Assembly: GCA_008690995.1 (NCBI GenBank)
Contig: VRMN01000004.1
Span: 1 to 64,000 of the forward strand
Origin: Porphyridium purpureum
Lineage: Eukaryota
Reading direction: 5' to 3'
DNA length: 64,000 bases
This document shows positions 1-10,900 of the stretch, piece after piece. Both the position numbers and the translations under genes were made by a program. The notes under the pieces were generated by a model. The model was given only the letters and a program-made list of their open reading frames with translations. It was not told where the DNA came from and did no database searches. How positions within the stretch are numbered: the stretch's first letter is position 1; the number at the start of each line of letters is the position of its first letter.

Positions 1-3000
1 TCGCTGCAGACCCGTGTGGAGCATGGCATGCGCTCAGCGGCTCTGCGCACTCTCGGGACCAGCACCGCGCACGCTGCATGCAGTGCAAGACGGCCCACGC
101 CCACCGTTCCGCAGTGGGCCGTGCCAGCGGCCAAGAGTTTGCCGCTCCCGCACTTCCGGAGGTCCACGCTGTGACTCCGGCTCCCTCGGCGGCTTCGCCC
201 TTCGGGGCTCATGAGTGAGACACTTTCTGACTCGTGGGAAGGGCCCGGTCCGCGCGGCGCAAGTCTTCTAGCCTCAAGTGAGGAAAGCGACGCGGAATGG
301 GCTCCCGCACGCCCCCGCGCTCGTCGAGCGTCTGGGCGAGGCCGGCTACAAAGTCGGCCGGGTGGACCAGTGGAACTGCGTGAGCGTGCTGGTCCTGCGC
401 GAGAGAGTGCGGTGGTGGATGCGCACATCTCCAGCTCTAGGGTGCTGGCAGCCACGCACGCGCCAGTGGCATCTCCGCACAGTGTCGCAGACTCGGCAGA
501 CGGTCGCGCCACACGTCGGTCCGCACGACGACCGCGCCAGCGTGCGGGGCCTGCCGCACACATAGCGGTCAGGGATGCCGTGCTGGCCACAGCGCATCTG
601 TTCGCAGCTCTGCTCGCATGCTCCGTCCGGCGGGCTTTGACATTTCGCGACGCAGCGTGGCTCGGATGGCGCAGCTCGAAGCGCCGCACGCATGTCCGGC
701 CGCCGAGTGCATGCGACGCTACCAGAGTGCGGCTCAGCTGGGCAAGCACTGGCGTGCGGCACATCCGACGGAGCCAGCGAGTGCCGAGCTTCTGTCCAGC
801 CTGCACTTGAGGCGAAACGCGTGCGGATGGGCGGTGCGCGACGTGCAGCCCCAAGACGCGTGCCAGTGTCCAGCGTGCCGAGCGCTGTGGAACGCGTGCC
901 CCGTGGCAGGCTGTGAGGCCTCGTGGGCCGAGCCAGCTGGGCTGCTGCGGCACTTGGCGGGCAGTAATCACTCGGCTGAAACACTTGCCGCAGTGCCACC
1001 GGACGCGCTTTCCAGAAAGTGGTTGGCTGGCACGTCGGGCGTAAGTGGCGGGATGTATTTGCTGCCCAGGCTGTCCGTGCGCCACCAGCGCAGTCGATGC
1101 CGGGATCCCGCGCGCTGTGCTGTGGTGATTTTGACGGGCAGGGTGGTCGCGCGCAGTCCGTACAGCAAGCGGCGCAGCGGAGATGCGACGACACTCGCAG
1201 TGGCTCCGACACGGCCGCAGACACGCATGTGTCGACGGCGCGTCACGCCGCTGCGCATCCGCCGTCGCCGCTGCTCGACGCCCCCATACTCACCATTCTT
1301 CAAACGGTAGATTGGGTGCTGGGGCTGCGCGTGCGCACGTGGAAGCGCGTACCGGCAAAGTTTGCGCCGGACGTTGCGCTCGAGTTCAGCAGCATGCTCA
1401 CGGAGCTGGCCGAAGCCGCGTCCGAGGCCGCACAAGTCCGCGCGCTCGGAAAGCTGTGGGTGTTTCCGACTTTGGTGCTGTGCCTGCCCATGGAGCGCCA
1501 GAGCACGCGCGCGCGGGCAAGATACCTGGCGACGCGGCTCAAGATGTGGCGCTCCGATGCGCTCGAGCCACTGCTCGACTCGGTGCCTGTGGTGGACGGT
1601 CAACACCTCAGACCCATACCACCAGAGGCCGTGGAGCACCGCATCGTGCAGCATGTGCGCGCCAACCACATTGGCGCCGCGGCGCGACTGGTCGAGTCGG
1701 CGGGTGTGCACGACGTCACGGACTCGGTGCTGGCGCGCTTGCGCGAGCTGCATCCAGAGGCAGGGGCTCGCAGCGGCAGCCACGACGCAGCGCTCGTCGC
1801 ACCAGTCGAGTCGGTCAGTATCGACCAGCTGCAGTGCATGCGCGTGCCGTGGGACGCGCAGGCGGTGCGCAAGTCCATTCTGGCCATTCCGCACACCAGC
1901 GGGTGCGGACCGTCGCGGTGGTCCATAGGCGTGCTGCAGCAGGTCATCCGCACGCCCGTGGCGGGTGACACGGCGCTCGGGGCCGTGGCTCTCGCGTTCA
2001 AGCGCATCGCCAGTGTTGGTCTGCATCCGCAAGCTGGCGCGCTGTGGAGCCACGCACGCCTCATCCCGCTCAAGAAGAAGGACGGCGGCGTCCGACCGAT
2101 TGCAGTGGGCGAGCTGCTGCGGCGCGTGCTGGGCAAGCTGGTGCTGGCACACCTGGGCAGCGACGCAGCCGAGTCGCTCCGGCCCGACCAGTACGGCGTG
2201 GGACGCCCGGCCGGGCTCGAAGGCGCGGTGCTGGGGACGCGCCTGCCGCGATGCAGAGTCCCGGCACAGCTGCGCTGCTCCGTCGACATTGCGAACGCGT
2301 CTAACTGCGTCGACCGGCCCACGCTGGATGCGCATCGTGCAGGGCCGTTTCCCCGCGCTGTGGCCGCTGGTGCGCTCAACGTACGCGCATCCGGCTCCGC
2401 TGCGAGTGGGCGCCCATGTGCTGGCCAGCGCGTGCGGCGTGCAGCAAGGCGACCCGCTGGGGCCCTTGCTGTTCTCGCTGGTGCTGCACAAGGTGCTGGC
2501 AGACACCGAGTCGCCGGGCTTGTCGTCGTTCTGGTACTTGGACGACGGCAGCATTGTGGGGCCGCTCGCGCAGCTGGAAGGCTTCCTGGACGCCTTTTCG
2601 AGCGACGCGGCCGCGTACGGCATGCGCGTGAACCGCACCAAGACGCAGCTGGTGCTTCCGCCAGGAACGCAACCGGCAGTCGTGCCCGCGGGGCTCGCCG
2701 ACCTGCCGCGTCTGGCGTGGGACCAAGCACAGCTGCTCGGTGTGCCGCTCGACTTTACCGGCAGTGGCGAGTCGCTCGTGCCGATCACCAACGCGAGCGC
2801 GCAGGTGCTCCAGCTGGCGGAGCAGGTGGCCAAGCTCAGCCACCCCGAAGAGGCGTTCTACCTCCTGCGGGGCAGCGTCGGGCCAAAGCGCCTGATGCAC
2901 CTGGCGCGCACCATGCCTCCGCCCGTCGTGACTCGCATCTTTGCCGAGTTTGACCGCGCGTGGCGCAGCATTGTCGCGCGCGCGCTGGGTGTGATGGCAC

Positions 3001-4243
3001 ACGAGGTCGGCGAGCCGTGCAAGGCCGAGTGGCGGCTGCCGTGCTCGCTTGGCGGCTTGGGACTGACCGCAGTGGCAGACATTGCGCCGTTTGCGTTTGC
3101 CGCCGGCAGTCGTGCTGCCGCGCGCGTGGTGGACAACCCGCCCGCACGCGTGTACCCTCCGTCGCTCGCGCAGTGGTGGCGAAGGTTTGACGGAGACGCA
3201 CACGCCGTGGCGCAGTGGCGCCTGGAGCCAGACGAAGATGTGGAAGCCCTGCTGGACTCGCAGGCACGTGGGAGCCGTCGCTTTTATCGACAATGGTGCT
3301 CAGATTGGTCCCACGCGCCGGCCCCGTCCGACCCAGACTTTCACCGACGTCGCAGCGTCAGCTCGCCGCACGCGCTGGCGTGGCTCGGGATGCCGTCTGC
3401 CACGCAGCTGGCCGGCACGCACGGAAGCGCGCCGCTGAGCGCAGATGCATTTGGCGCGTGGCCGTGCGGCAATATGCTGGCCTGTCTGTGAGCCAGCGCC
3501 GCGCGGCGTCCGTGTCCGGCGGCCTCGGGCAGCTTCCGCTGGATGCCGTCTGCGGGGCCGAGCTGGACCAGCACGGTCACCACGCGCTCGGGCGCTATCC
3601 GGGCCGTCGCGGTACGGTCGGCAATGCGCTGGTGGTCGACGCCGTGGCAGTCTTTGCGCCGCTGGCTTGCCGGTAGCGCGAGGCGCCTTCCCTGGCGCGG
3701 CAGACTTGCGCTGGCCGGGCGACCTGCGCGCGTGGACAGCACGCGGGTCGATGTGGTAGTGGTGGTGCCCGACCGCACCGGCACCAGGCGGTCCGACGGA
3801 GCGGCACTCGCGGCAGCGGCGCGTCGCAAGCAGGCCTCCTTCCAGGCTGCTGCGCGCACTGGCGACGCTGCTGGCGTGTCGTTCCAGGCGGTCATTCTGG
3901 ACACGTACGGCCGGCGCGAACAGTGTGGAGCCGCGTTTCTGGAGACTCTGGTGGCGGCGTACATGCGATGCTGGCGAGCACGGCGCTCCACCGGTCGCTG
4001 TCGCTTGCGGTATACCGCTCGGTGGCGGTAGCGGTGCTTCTACGGCACCCGGGCCCGACTCTGCCAGTTGCCTCGCAGCACTGGCTGGAGACGGGCAGGC
4101 GCCTCTTTGTAGGCGAGGTACTCTCGGAATCGGAAGCAGAGTCGCACTGACTTTGCTGATACATAGGTAACGTACTTAGGCCCTCTAGATTTATAATGTA
4201 AAACGATTTCAGAGTAACCCTAGAGGACCTATAACCCAGAGTA
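1..4243 (+). mobile_element. Non-LTR retrotransposon, CRE/SLACS/Cnl1-like (RT + CCHC + restriction-like endonuclease), copy 1; 5' boundary not determined; ORF broken by several frameshifts
   Basis: Domains pieced together from successive frames. C2H2 finger CPAAECMRRYQSAAQLGKHWRAAH (~695-765). RT motifs RLIPLKKKDGGVRPIAVGELLRR, QYGVG, DIANASNCVDR, GVQQGDPLGPLLF, WYLDDG, and GGLGL (~2060-3065). CCHC-type CGAELDQHGHHAL and RLE remnants PGDL, VDV, RRKQASF, FQAVILDTYG. Stop at 4150, short 3' UTR, then a TAACCC-containing tail at 4211-4243. Confidence 0.9.
4211..4243 (+). repeat. Degenerate telomere-like tail/spacer between the retroelement copies
   Basis: AGAGTAACCCT-AGAGGACCT-ATAACCC-AGAGTA. 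Confidence 0.7.
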
Positions 4244-5379
4244 GCCGCTGCCGCTCGCGTGGTGGACAACCCGCCCGCACGCGTGTACCCTCCGTCGCTC
4301 GCGCAGTGGTGGCGAAGGTTTGACGGAGACGCACACGCCGTGGCGCAGTGGCGCCTGGAGCCAGACGAAGATGTGGAAGCCCTGCTGGACTCGCAGGCAC
4401 GTGGGAGCCGTCGCTTTTATCGACAATGGTGCTCAGATTGGTCCCACGCGCCGGCCCCGTCCGACCCAGACTTTCACCGACGTCGCAGCGTCAGCTCGCC
4501 GCACGCGCTGGCGTGGCTCGGGATGCCGTCTGCCACGCAGCTGGCCGGCACGCACGGAAGCGCGCCGCTGAGCGCAGATGTAATGGCGCGCCGTGCGGCA
4601 CATGCTGGGCCTGTCTGGAGCCACGCAGCGCAGCGTCCGTGTCCGGCGCTATCGGGCAGCCTGATGCCGTCTGTGGGGCCGAGCTGGACCAGCACGGTCA
4701 CCACGCGCTCAAGTGCCATCCGGGCCGTCGCGGTATGGTCGGCACGCGCTGGTGGTCGACGCCGTGGCAGCCTTTGCGCGCCGCTGGTTTGCCGGGGAGC
4801 GCGAGGTGGCGCCTTCCCGGCGCGGCAGACTTGCGCCGGGCCGGGCGACCTGCGCGCGGACAGCACGTGGTCGATGTGGCGGTGGTGGTGCCCGACCGCA
4901 CCGGCACCAGGCGGTCCGACGGAGCGGCACTCGCGGCAGCGGCGCGTCGCAAGCAGGCCTCCTTCCAGGCTGCTGCGCGCACTGGCGACGCTGCTGGCGT
5001 GTCGTTCCAGGCGGTCATTCTGGACACGTACGGCCGGCGCGAACAGTGTGGAGCCGCGTTTCTGGAGACTCTGGTGGCGGCGTACATGCGGCACCGTGGA
5101 GTAAGCCAGATGCTGGCAAGCACGGCGCTCCACCGGTCGCTGTCGCTCGCGGTATACCGCTCGGTGGCGGCGGCGGTGCTTCTACGGCACCCGGGCCCGA
5201 CTCTGTCAGTTGCCTCGCAGCACTGGCTGGAGACGGGCAGGCGCCTCTTTGTAGGCGAGGTACTCTCGGAATCGGAAGCAGAGTCGCACTGACTTTGCTG
5301 ATACATAGGTAAAGTACTTAGGCCCTCTAGATTTATAATGTAAAACGATTTCAGAGTAACCCTAACCCTAGAGTAACCC
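4244..5379 (+). mobile_element. Same non-LTR retrotransposon, 5'-truncated copy 2, tandem head-to-tail with copy 1
   Basis: 4247 onward matches 3114 onward of copy 1. It shares the C-terminus (GEVLSESEAESH*, stop 5292) and a near-identical 3' UTR, and has an intact CGAELDQHGHHALKC knuckle and RYGRH motif. Confidence 0.92.
5353..5379 (+). repeat. Telomere-like tail of copy 2 (C-strand on +)
   Basis: AGAGTAACCCT-AACCCT-AGAGTAACCC; the reverse strand reads GGGTTACTCT-AGGGTT-AGGGTTACTCT. Confidence 0.8.
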
Positions 5380-5554
5380 AAGCACGACAGCCTTAAGTTC
5401 TGCGACGCGTGCGAACTGGCGGCCTTTTCGGTAAACCACGCGCGGCAAGACGCCCCAAATGTTTTCAATTGGGTTAAGGTCCAGAGACCTTGCAGACCAC
5501 GGCGGCACAATAACGCCGAGTGCGTTGAGCCACGCCTTCGTCGAGTTCGCCGTA
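5377..5554 (-). pseudogene. 3' fragment of Tc1 transposase B (continuation of 12873-13599), truncated at the retroelement tail
   Basis: Minus-strand translation (H)TANSTKAWLNALGVIVPPWSARSLDLNPIENIWGVLPRVVYRKGRQFARVAELKAVVLG contains the Tc1 WP(x)xSPDLNPIENxW motif. Confidence 0.9.
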
Positions 5555-7103
5555 CAGTCCTGGCCAAGTTAGTTGTCCCACAGGATTAAATGAAGTTTTT
5601 TGTGAACACCTCGGCTTTTCGACTAGGTTGTCGTCTGTTTCGATGGCACGAAAAGAATCAGCGGCACGGAAAATGGGTAGGGGCGTCCAAAGGTATCGTA
5701 GAACAAAACGACAGGTGTGAGAAGTGCCGAAAAAGAGAAAAACAATAAAACAGGTTGATGAGGACAAACACGCTTATGAGAAGAGATTTAACTGTAGTAA
5801 CGAAACTAGTACTTGGTTTGACGGCCACCGGCGTCGATGCAAGCTTGCAGGCGACGGGGCATGCTCTCGAAAAGTGCCTCAACATACTTTGGCGCTTCCG
5901 TTCGCCAGCAGTCATAGATAACTGGAAGCATGTCATCGAGGCGCATAAACTGGCGTCCTTGCCAATGCACACGGCGAGAAACGATCGCCCACAGATTCTC
6001 AACTGGATTCAAGTCCGGCGACCGCGCTGGCCAATCAAGTAGTGCGATTCCGACCGTGTCAAACAGCTCGCGCGTGCTCAGCGCTGCATGTCCGGGCGCA
6101 TTATCTTGCTGAAATATGAATGGACAATCCGGCTGATCAAGGCGCCAGGGCAGTTCCAGTGCCCAGGGCATCATGACGTTCAGCATAACCTGCCGATATC
6201 GCTCGGCATTCAGCGAGCCTTGAACACGATGCAACGTACTCAGTCCGTGCCACGACATGGCACCCCAAAACATCGCGGATCCTCCGCCACTGTGGCGACG
6301 CATGGTTGGCGCGGGCTCAGGGCCTCGCGTGCGCTGATAAGTCTTGTTGTACCCGTGCGGCCCGTCCAGCCGAAAGATCTTTTCATCCGAGAAGATGACA
6401 TTCTTCCAAAACGATAGCGGCTTGTGGACGTATTCTCGAGCAAATGCAAGCCGCTTGACTCGGTTCTTTTCCGAAATGAAGAACTTTCGCCTCTGTGCGA
6501 TAATACGAACCTCTGGTGATCTCTGCAGGATACGACGAACAGTTCTCGCACTGCACGCAAGCTGCAGCTCCGTCACTGCCTGTGCAGACGTCAATCTATC
6601 CGTAATGACGTGCCGAATCAGGCGACGCTCCAATTTCGGCGATATTGTCCGCGCCGGTCCGGGCTTCTTGAAAACCCTTTTCTTGCCTCGATTCTTCAGA
6701 AATCGCTCCACAGTCTTGTACGATGGTCGGGTCTTGTCTGGTCGCGGACGAAGGCGTGCTGCAATGGCCCGCGGCGTCAGACAGAGCCGGTGCAGAGCGT
6801 CAATCTGGCCTTTCTCAAAGTCGGAGAGCCGTGGTGCCATATTTCCGATGCTTGCGGTTGCTGGACTTGGTCGCGATCGTATGCCCGAGTGCAGTAGATG
6901 CGCTGGTCTTCTTGCACATGTCTTGAACCCCTCCATGGCCTCACGGGGTCCCGCAAAAGCGCGCGCTTACCTCTGACCTGAGGAACAAAAATATGTTAAA
7001 AAAGGTATAAACATTGATTTTATATGAAAACGCTCGTTTTTACTATAAAACTGGAGTTCAGACCTTGAAATTGCACCTGGGACAACCATCTTGGCCAGGA
7101 GTG
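5555..7103 (-). mobile_element. Tc1-family DNA transposon A, full length
   Basis: 26-bp imperfect TIRs: CAGTCCTGGCCAAGTTAGTTGTCCCA (5555-5580) and its near reverse complement at 7078-7103. TA target duplication at 5553-5554 and 7104-7105. Confidence 0.95.
5806..6840 (-). CDS. Tc1 transposase (DD34E), apparently intact
   Basis: N-terminal HTH (MAPRLSDFEKGQIDAL), FSDEKIF, FQQDNAPGH and WPARSPDLNPVENLW; 34 residues between the second D and E. The ORF is open to 6936; the 6840 start matches the paralog's start. Confidence 0.93.
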   Translation of the reverse strand: MAPRLSDFEKGQIDALHRLCLTPRAIAARLRPRPDKTRPSYKTVERFLKNRGKKRVFKKPGPARTISPKLERRLIRHVITDRLTSAQAVTELQLACSARTVRRILQRSPEVRIIAQRRKFFISEKNRVKRLAFAREYVHKPLSFWKNVIFSDEKIFRLDGPHGYNKTYQRTRGPEPAPTMRRHSGGGSAMFWGAMSWHGLSTLHRVQGSLNAERYRQVMLNVMMPWALELPWRLDQPDCPFIFQQDNAPGHAALSTRELFDTVGIALLDWPARSPDLNPVENLWAIVSRRVHWQGRQFMRLDDMLPVIYDCWRTEAPKYVEALFESMPRRLQACIDAGGRQTKY

Positions 7104-7115
7104 TATGTGCCGGGG

Positions 7116-7336
7116 TGTCGTTCATCTCTATCCCCCGTCAGGCTATCCCACGGGGCGGAAGGTTTGTTCTTTTTCCATACACCCTTAACCTTTATTTTTG
7201 TTCTAGTGCTACTTTCCCGCCGCCGCTCGCCGCGTATTTATACGCTGGTCAAGAAATTGAGGGTTCGGGTAACCCTCAAAGTAACTTGGTACAGCTACAC
7301 CTGTACTTAGTCAATTATTCACACGAATAATTGACA
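7116..7336 (-). repeat. 3' LTR of Copia element 1
   Basis: Direct repeat of 12652-12872; TGTCG...TGACA. Confidence 0.95.
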
Positions 7337-7960
7337 TTCCCTTATTTTTCTTTCTGGGATGGCACACGAATGACATATTCCAGAATGCAATGCTGAATCA
7401 CACAGCGAGTGTGAAAACACGTGCGCGAGCGAAGAGGAGGAAGTCGACGGGACATTCAAGCAGGCACGGAGCACGAAAAACAGCGTGCGAAATGCGGACT
7501 GGAGATTGTAAAAAAAACGATTGACCGGCGCCCTCGCGAAAAATGGGCGGCATTTGGACATTGTACGGTACCGAAACGGGCAAAACGACATGTCGAGACT
7601 TGGCAGATGAAATGACGAGAGAAAACGAGTCAGGCGCAAGCTTGTGGGAGCACCAATATGTTGTTGATAGCTTGAATGATCGATGGCGCGCAATAATTCG
7701 CCACACTGAGCGAAGGAACTTGCTGAACTTGAATGGCCTTGTAAATTTTGCATCGAGCTCTGACGCAAAGACAACGCGCAGGAATGACTTGAGGCTCTGG
7801 TGACGCATTGTACACAGTGCGGCAGCTGTGCCGACGAAAACGAGGACGCGACTGGGAAGCGGTAGGCCGAGATATTGTTGCACACATGTGTATAGTATAC
7901 TGGTCGAATGTGATATGAAACTCAAGGCTTTTCACCGACCAGGCAGGTGGCAGGTCAACA

Positions 7961-10900
7961 TTACAGTTCCGGAGAATACCGCTGGGTTGCCATGTGTACA
8001 TCGTGGTCAAGCTTTCCCGTCATGAAGTACTGGTGCCACATTAGACGGCGAGTATCAAACTTCGTAAGGCTATCTGCGATGTTTGAGGAAGCTCGAAGGT
8101 GAGCGAGGTCTTGTAGCTCGCCCGTGGCGATCGCCTCTCGCAGCTGCACGACATCAACCATCAGCCGTTTCTCAGTGAAAACCTTGGCCTTGTGCACCGT
8201 ATCAAAAATGCTTTGGCTGTCGGTGAATAAAGTGATCGGCACATCACGTACATGCACGGAGCACAGCGTGGGCTGCAGGGCTAGACAGAAATCCAAACAG
8301 TCACTCGCGGCATACAGCTCGGCGGCAAGAACACTGCGTACAACCCGCGGAGATAAATAGCTCCTTGCATGAAGAAGATGAGCACGGTGCACACCGTCCA
8401 CCAGGAAAATGCAGAAACCCAGGCGCGACCGGGTGCCATCGGTTGCGAAGCTTGCATCACTGTACGCATGAACTCGAAAATCCGCATCAAGGCGGTCGTA
8501 CGGCAGATACCAACGTTCGGTTTCAGCGAGGTATTTGCCAACACGTTTCGCGGTATCCGCTAGATCGAGCGCCGATGGCGAAAGAGGTAGTAAATCTGGG
8601 CGAGTTTGACCAAGCCAACGAATGCGTCCACGAAATTGCTCAGGCGTAAGCGCTTCCAATGCGGAGCGGCGCAGCGTTTGTAGGTATTCAGTTTGGTGCA
8701 TTCGCAAATTCTGCTCAAGTCGTACGCCATTGTATTCGAGCGGAGGCGTTTCAGCTGGTGACATAATAAATTCTGCGAGCTTTTGCTGCAAGGAGCCGAG
8801 AAATGAGCGCGTTCCAGCGTAAATGATATTGTCCGATAGGACGCCTACCAGGCCATCTGAAGCTTGAATAAAGAAACACGGATCCATTGGTGTCGGAACA
8901 AGCGACAGTGTTGATAATGCGTGCTGGACGGAAAACCACCAATACATGCCGGATTCGGATAGGCCGTACAGCGGTTTGACGACGAGCAGGTACAAGATGT
9001 CACGGGGCGGAATGTTGACCGCGTTGCAGAATAGATTGCACAAGACGCTACGCAAGACAATATAAACGGGGCGCTGCAATGATTTCGTTGCTTGCAAGTA
9101 TGCTTTTTTCGCATCCTGAGTATGAATTGTCCAGCCGAATTGAACTGTGGTGGACACAATAACTTTGAGTGCCCACTGCGACAGCATCGGAGACTCGACA
9201 ATAAGAGAGCGTTTCTGAGCGTCCACATGTCCGAGTGCGACCAAACGTGACTTTGTGGTCTCGTGAGCAGTACGGTAATTTTTGAGAACACGAACCATTT
9301 TTGCAGGGACGATGACGGCGTTGGTGGGTACACGTTCTGCAATAATAAAAGCTCCCTGGTTGTAAAGCCAGGAAAGCTCCTCCTCGTCAGAACTCTTGAA
9401 GCGAAGTTGCAGGTCTGGATTCAAGCGATATTCGCGGGCAGATATGGGCTGCGTTAGCAGCTCAGCAGCGGGTTCGATCCGATATTTGCGTACACGTGCA
9501 ACATGAAAAATCCGGACGGCACCGGTGGGCGGCATTCGAACTGAGACCTTATGGCCATCAACAGCGACGCACAGATAGGGCCCATCATAATTCCGTCTGC
9601 GGTTTCTTTCCCGGGCGATTATTACTAGGTCGCCAGGCACAGGAGGACCGGTGTCTTGCATTTCGGAACCGAGCGCTGCGTGGCGACGGCTCAGCGCGAT
9701 GTTTAAGTACTGTTTCGCGATGAATTCTTCGTACACACGACGTGCGAGAACAAGGGCATTGATCCGCGCGGCTTGAGAGGGAACATCTTGAATCGAACTG
9801 ATTACCATCCGAGGCATCGAGCCAAACACCATAAGGCATGGTGGGATTCCCGAAAGCCCACAGGATGAGTTTGCGACGAAGAAGCAGTGTGCAAGCGTTT
9901 CATCTGCGTCTGCGTCTAGATCTTCAAGTATCATTTTCTCGTACATAATACCGACTATACCATGCGCGCGTTCCACTCGTCCGATCGATTGATGCCCTTC
10001 GATCGGCTGTACGTCGACGTGAATACCGTGCACATTTGCAAGGGCCTGAAATTCCCGGCTTGCGTAAGCGGATCCTGCGTCGACTTTGACGATGTGTGGT
10101 GCGCCATTGTACGCGGAAATCCAGCACAGGAAGAAAATCTCGAATAAAGCACCCGATGTAGAGTCGTGCTTCAACCATTGACCAGACATAAAACGGGTGC
10201 CTTCGCATACGATATGCATCACGGGCATAGGTCGTTCGCCTTGGGTGTGCGGCAGGTAGAATGTATCGAGCTGCACAGTATGATTGAAATTGACTTCGAC
10301 ATTGGCGGACAGGCGAAACGTCGCGGGTGCTTTCGAGAATCGCTGGCAGATGTGACATTGGCGCGATAGTCTTGCTAGAATACTGAACTCGTTTTCGGAC
10401 AAAGGTTGGTCGGCGATATCAAATATTCTCTGAATGCGTTCGCTGCTCGCGTGATTGAACTTTCTGTGAATTTTTCGCAGCTCCGCGTACGTCAACAGCG
10501 GAGACGCTCGAGCGAAAATGGCAGGGTCGATGAAAAGTTTTCCAAATTTGCGGATAAGAGGTATCTCAATCTGAAGCGTTGGAAACACCAACGCGTCGGT
10601 CAAATTGTTCGGAAAGCATGAGTGATGATCCATGGTCAACAGTCCCAAGACCAGTGGAGGCCACTGAGGATCTTCTGCTTTGGAAGTATCAAGAACGTCC
10701 ACATCCACGGTCAAAAACACATCAGACGAGACCGGAAGACGAAACTCTCCAGTTCCGATGATCCGAAATATGCCGATATCGAGACCGACGGAGCGCATTG
10801 TGACTGGACGCAGCGAAGACGGGCTGTTCGATAATGCGCAAAACGCTTGCCACTGTGGTAGTGAGCAAAAGTTGGAGCTTGCTCCGGTATCAACGCATAC

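Noticed and set aside
618..4150. Programmed frameshifting in the non-LTR ORF
   Set aside because: Indels are numerous, differ between the two copies and lack slippery sites; decay or unpolished assembly is more likely.
346..5567. Many long overlapping ORFs on both strands over the non-LTR element (e.g. 968-2833 minus)
   Set aside because: Shadow ORFs of very GC-rich coding sequence; Arg/Ala/Pro-rich with no motifs.
7319..7925. Extra (env-like) ORF in the long 3' region of Copia 1
   Set aside because: Short overlapping ORFs without TM, signal or any recognisable motif.
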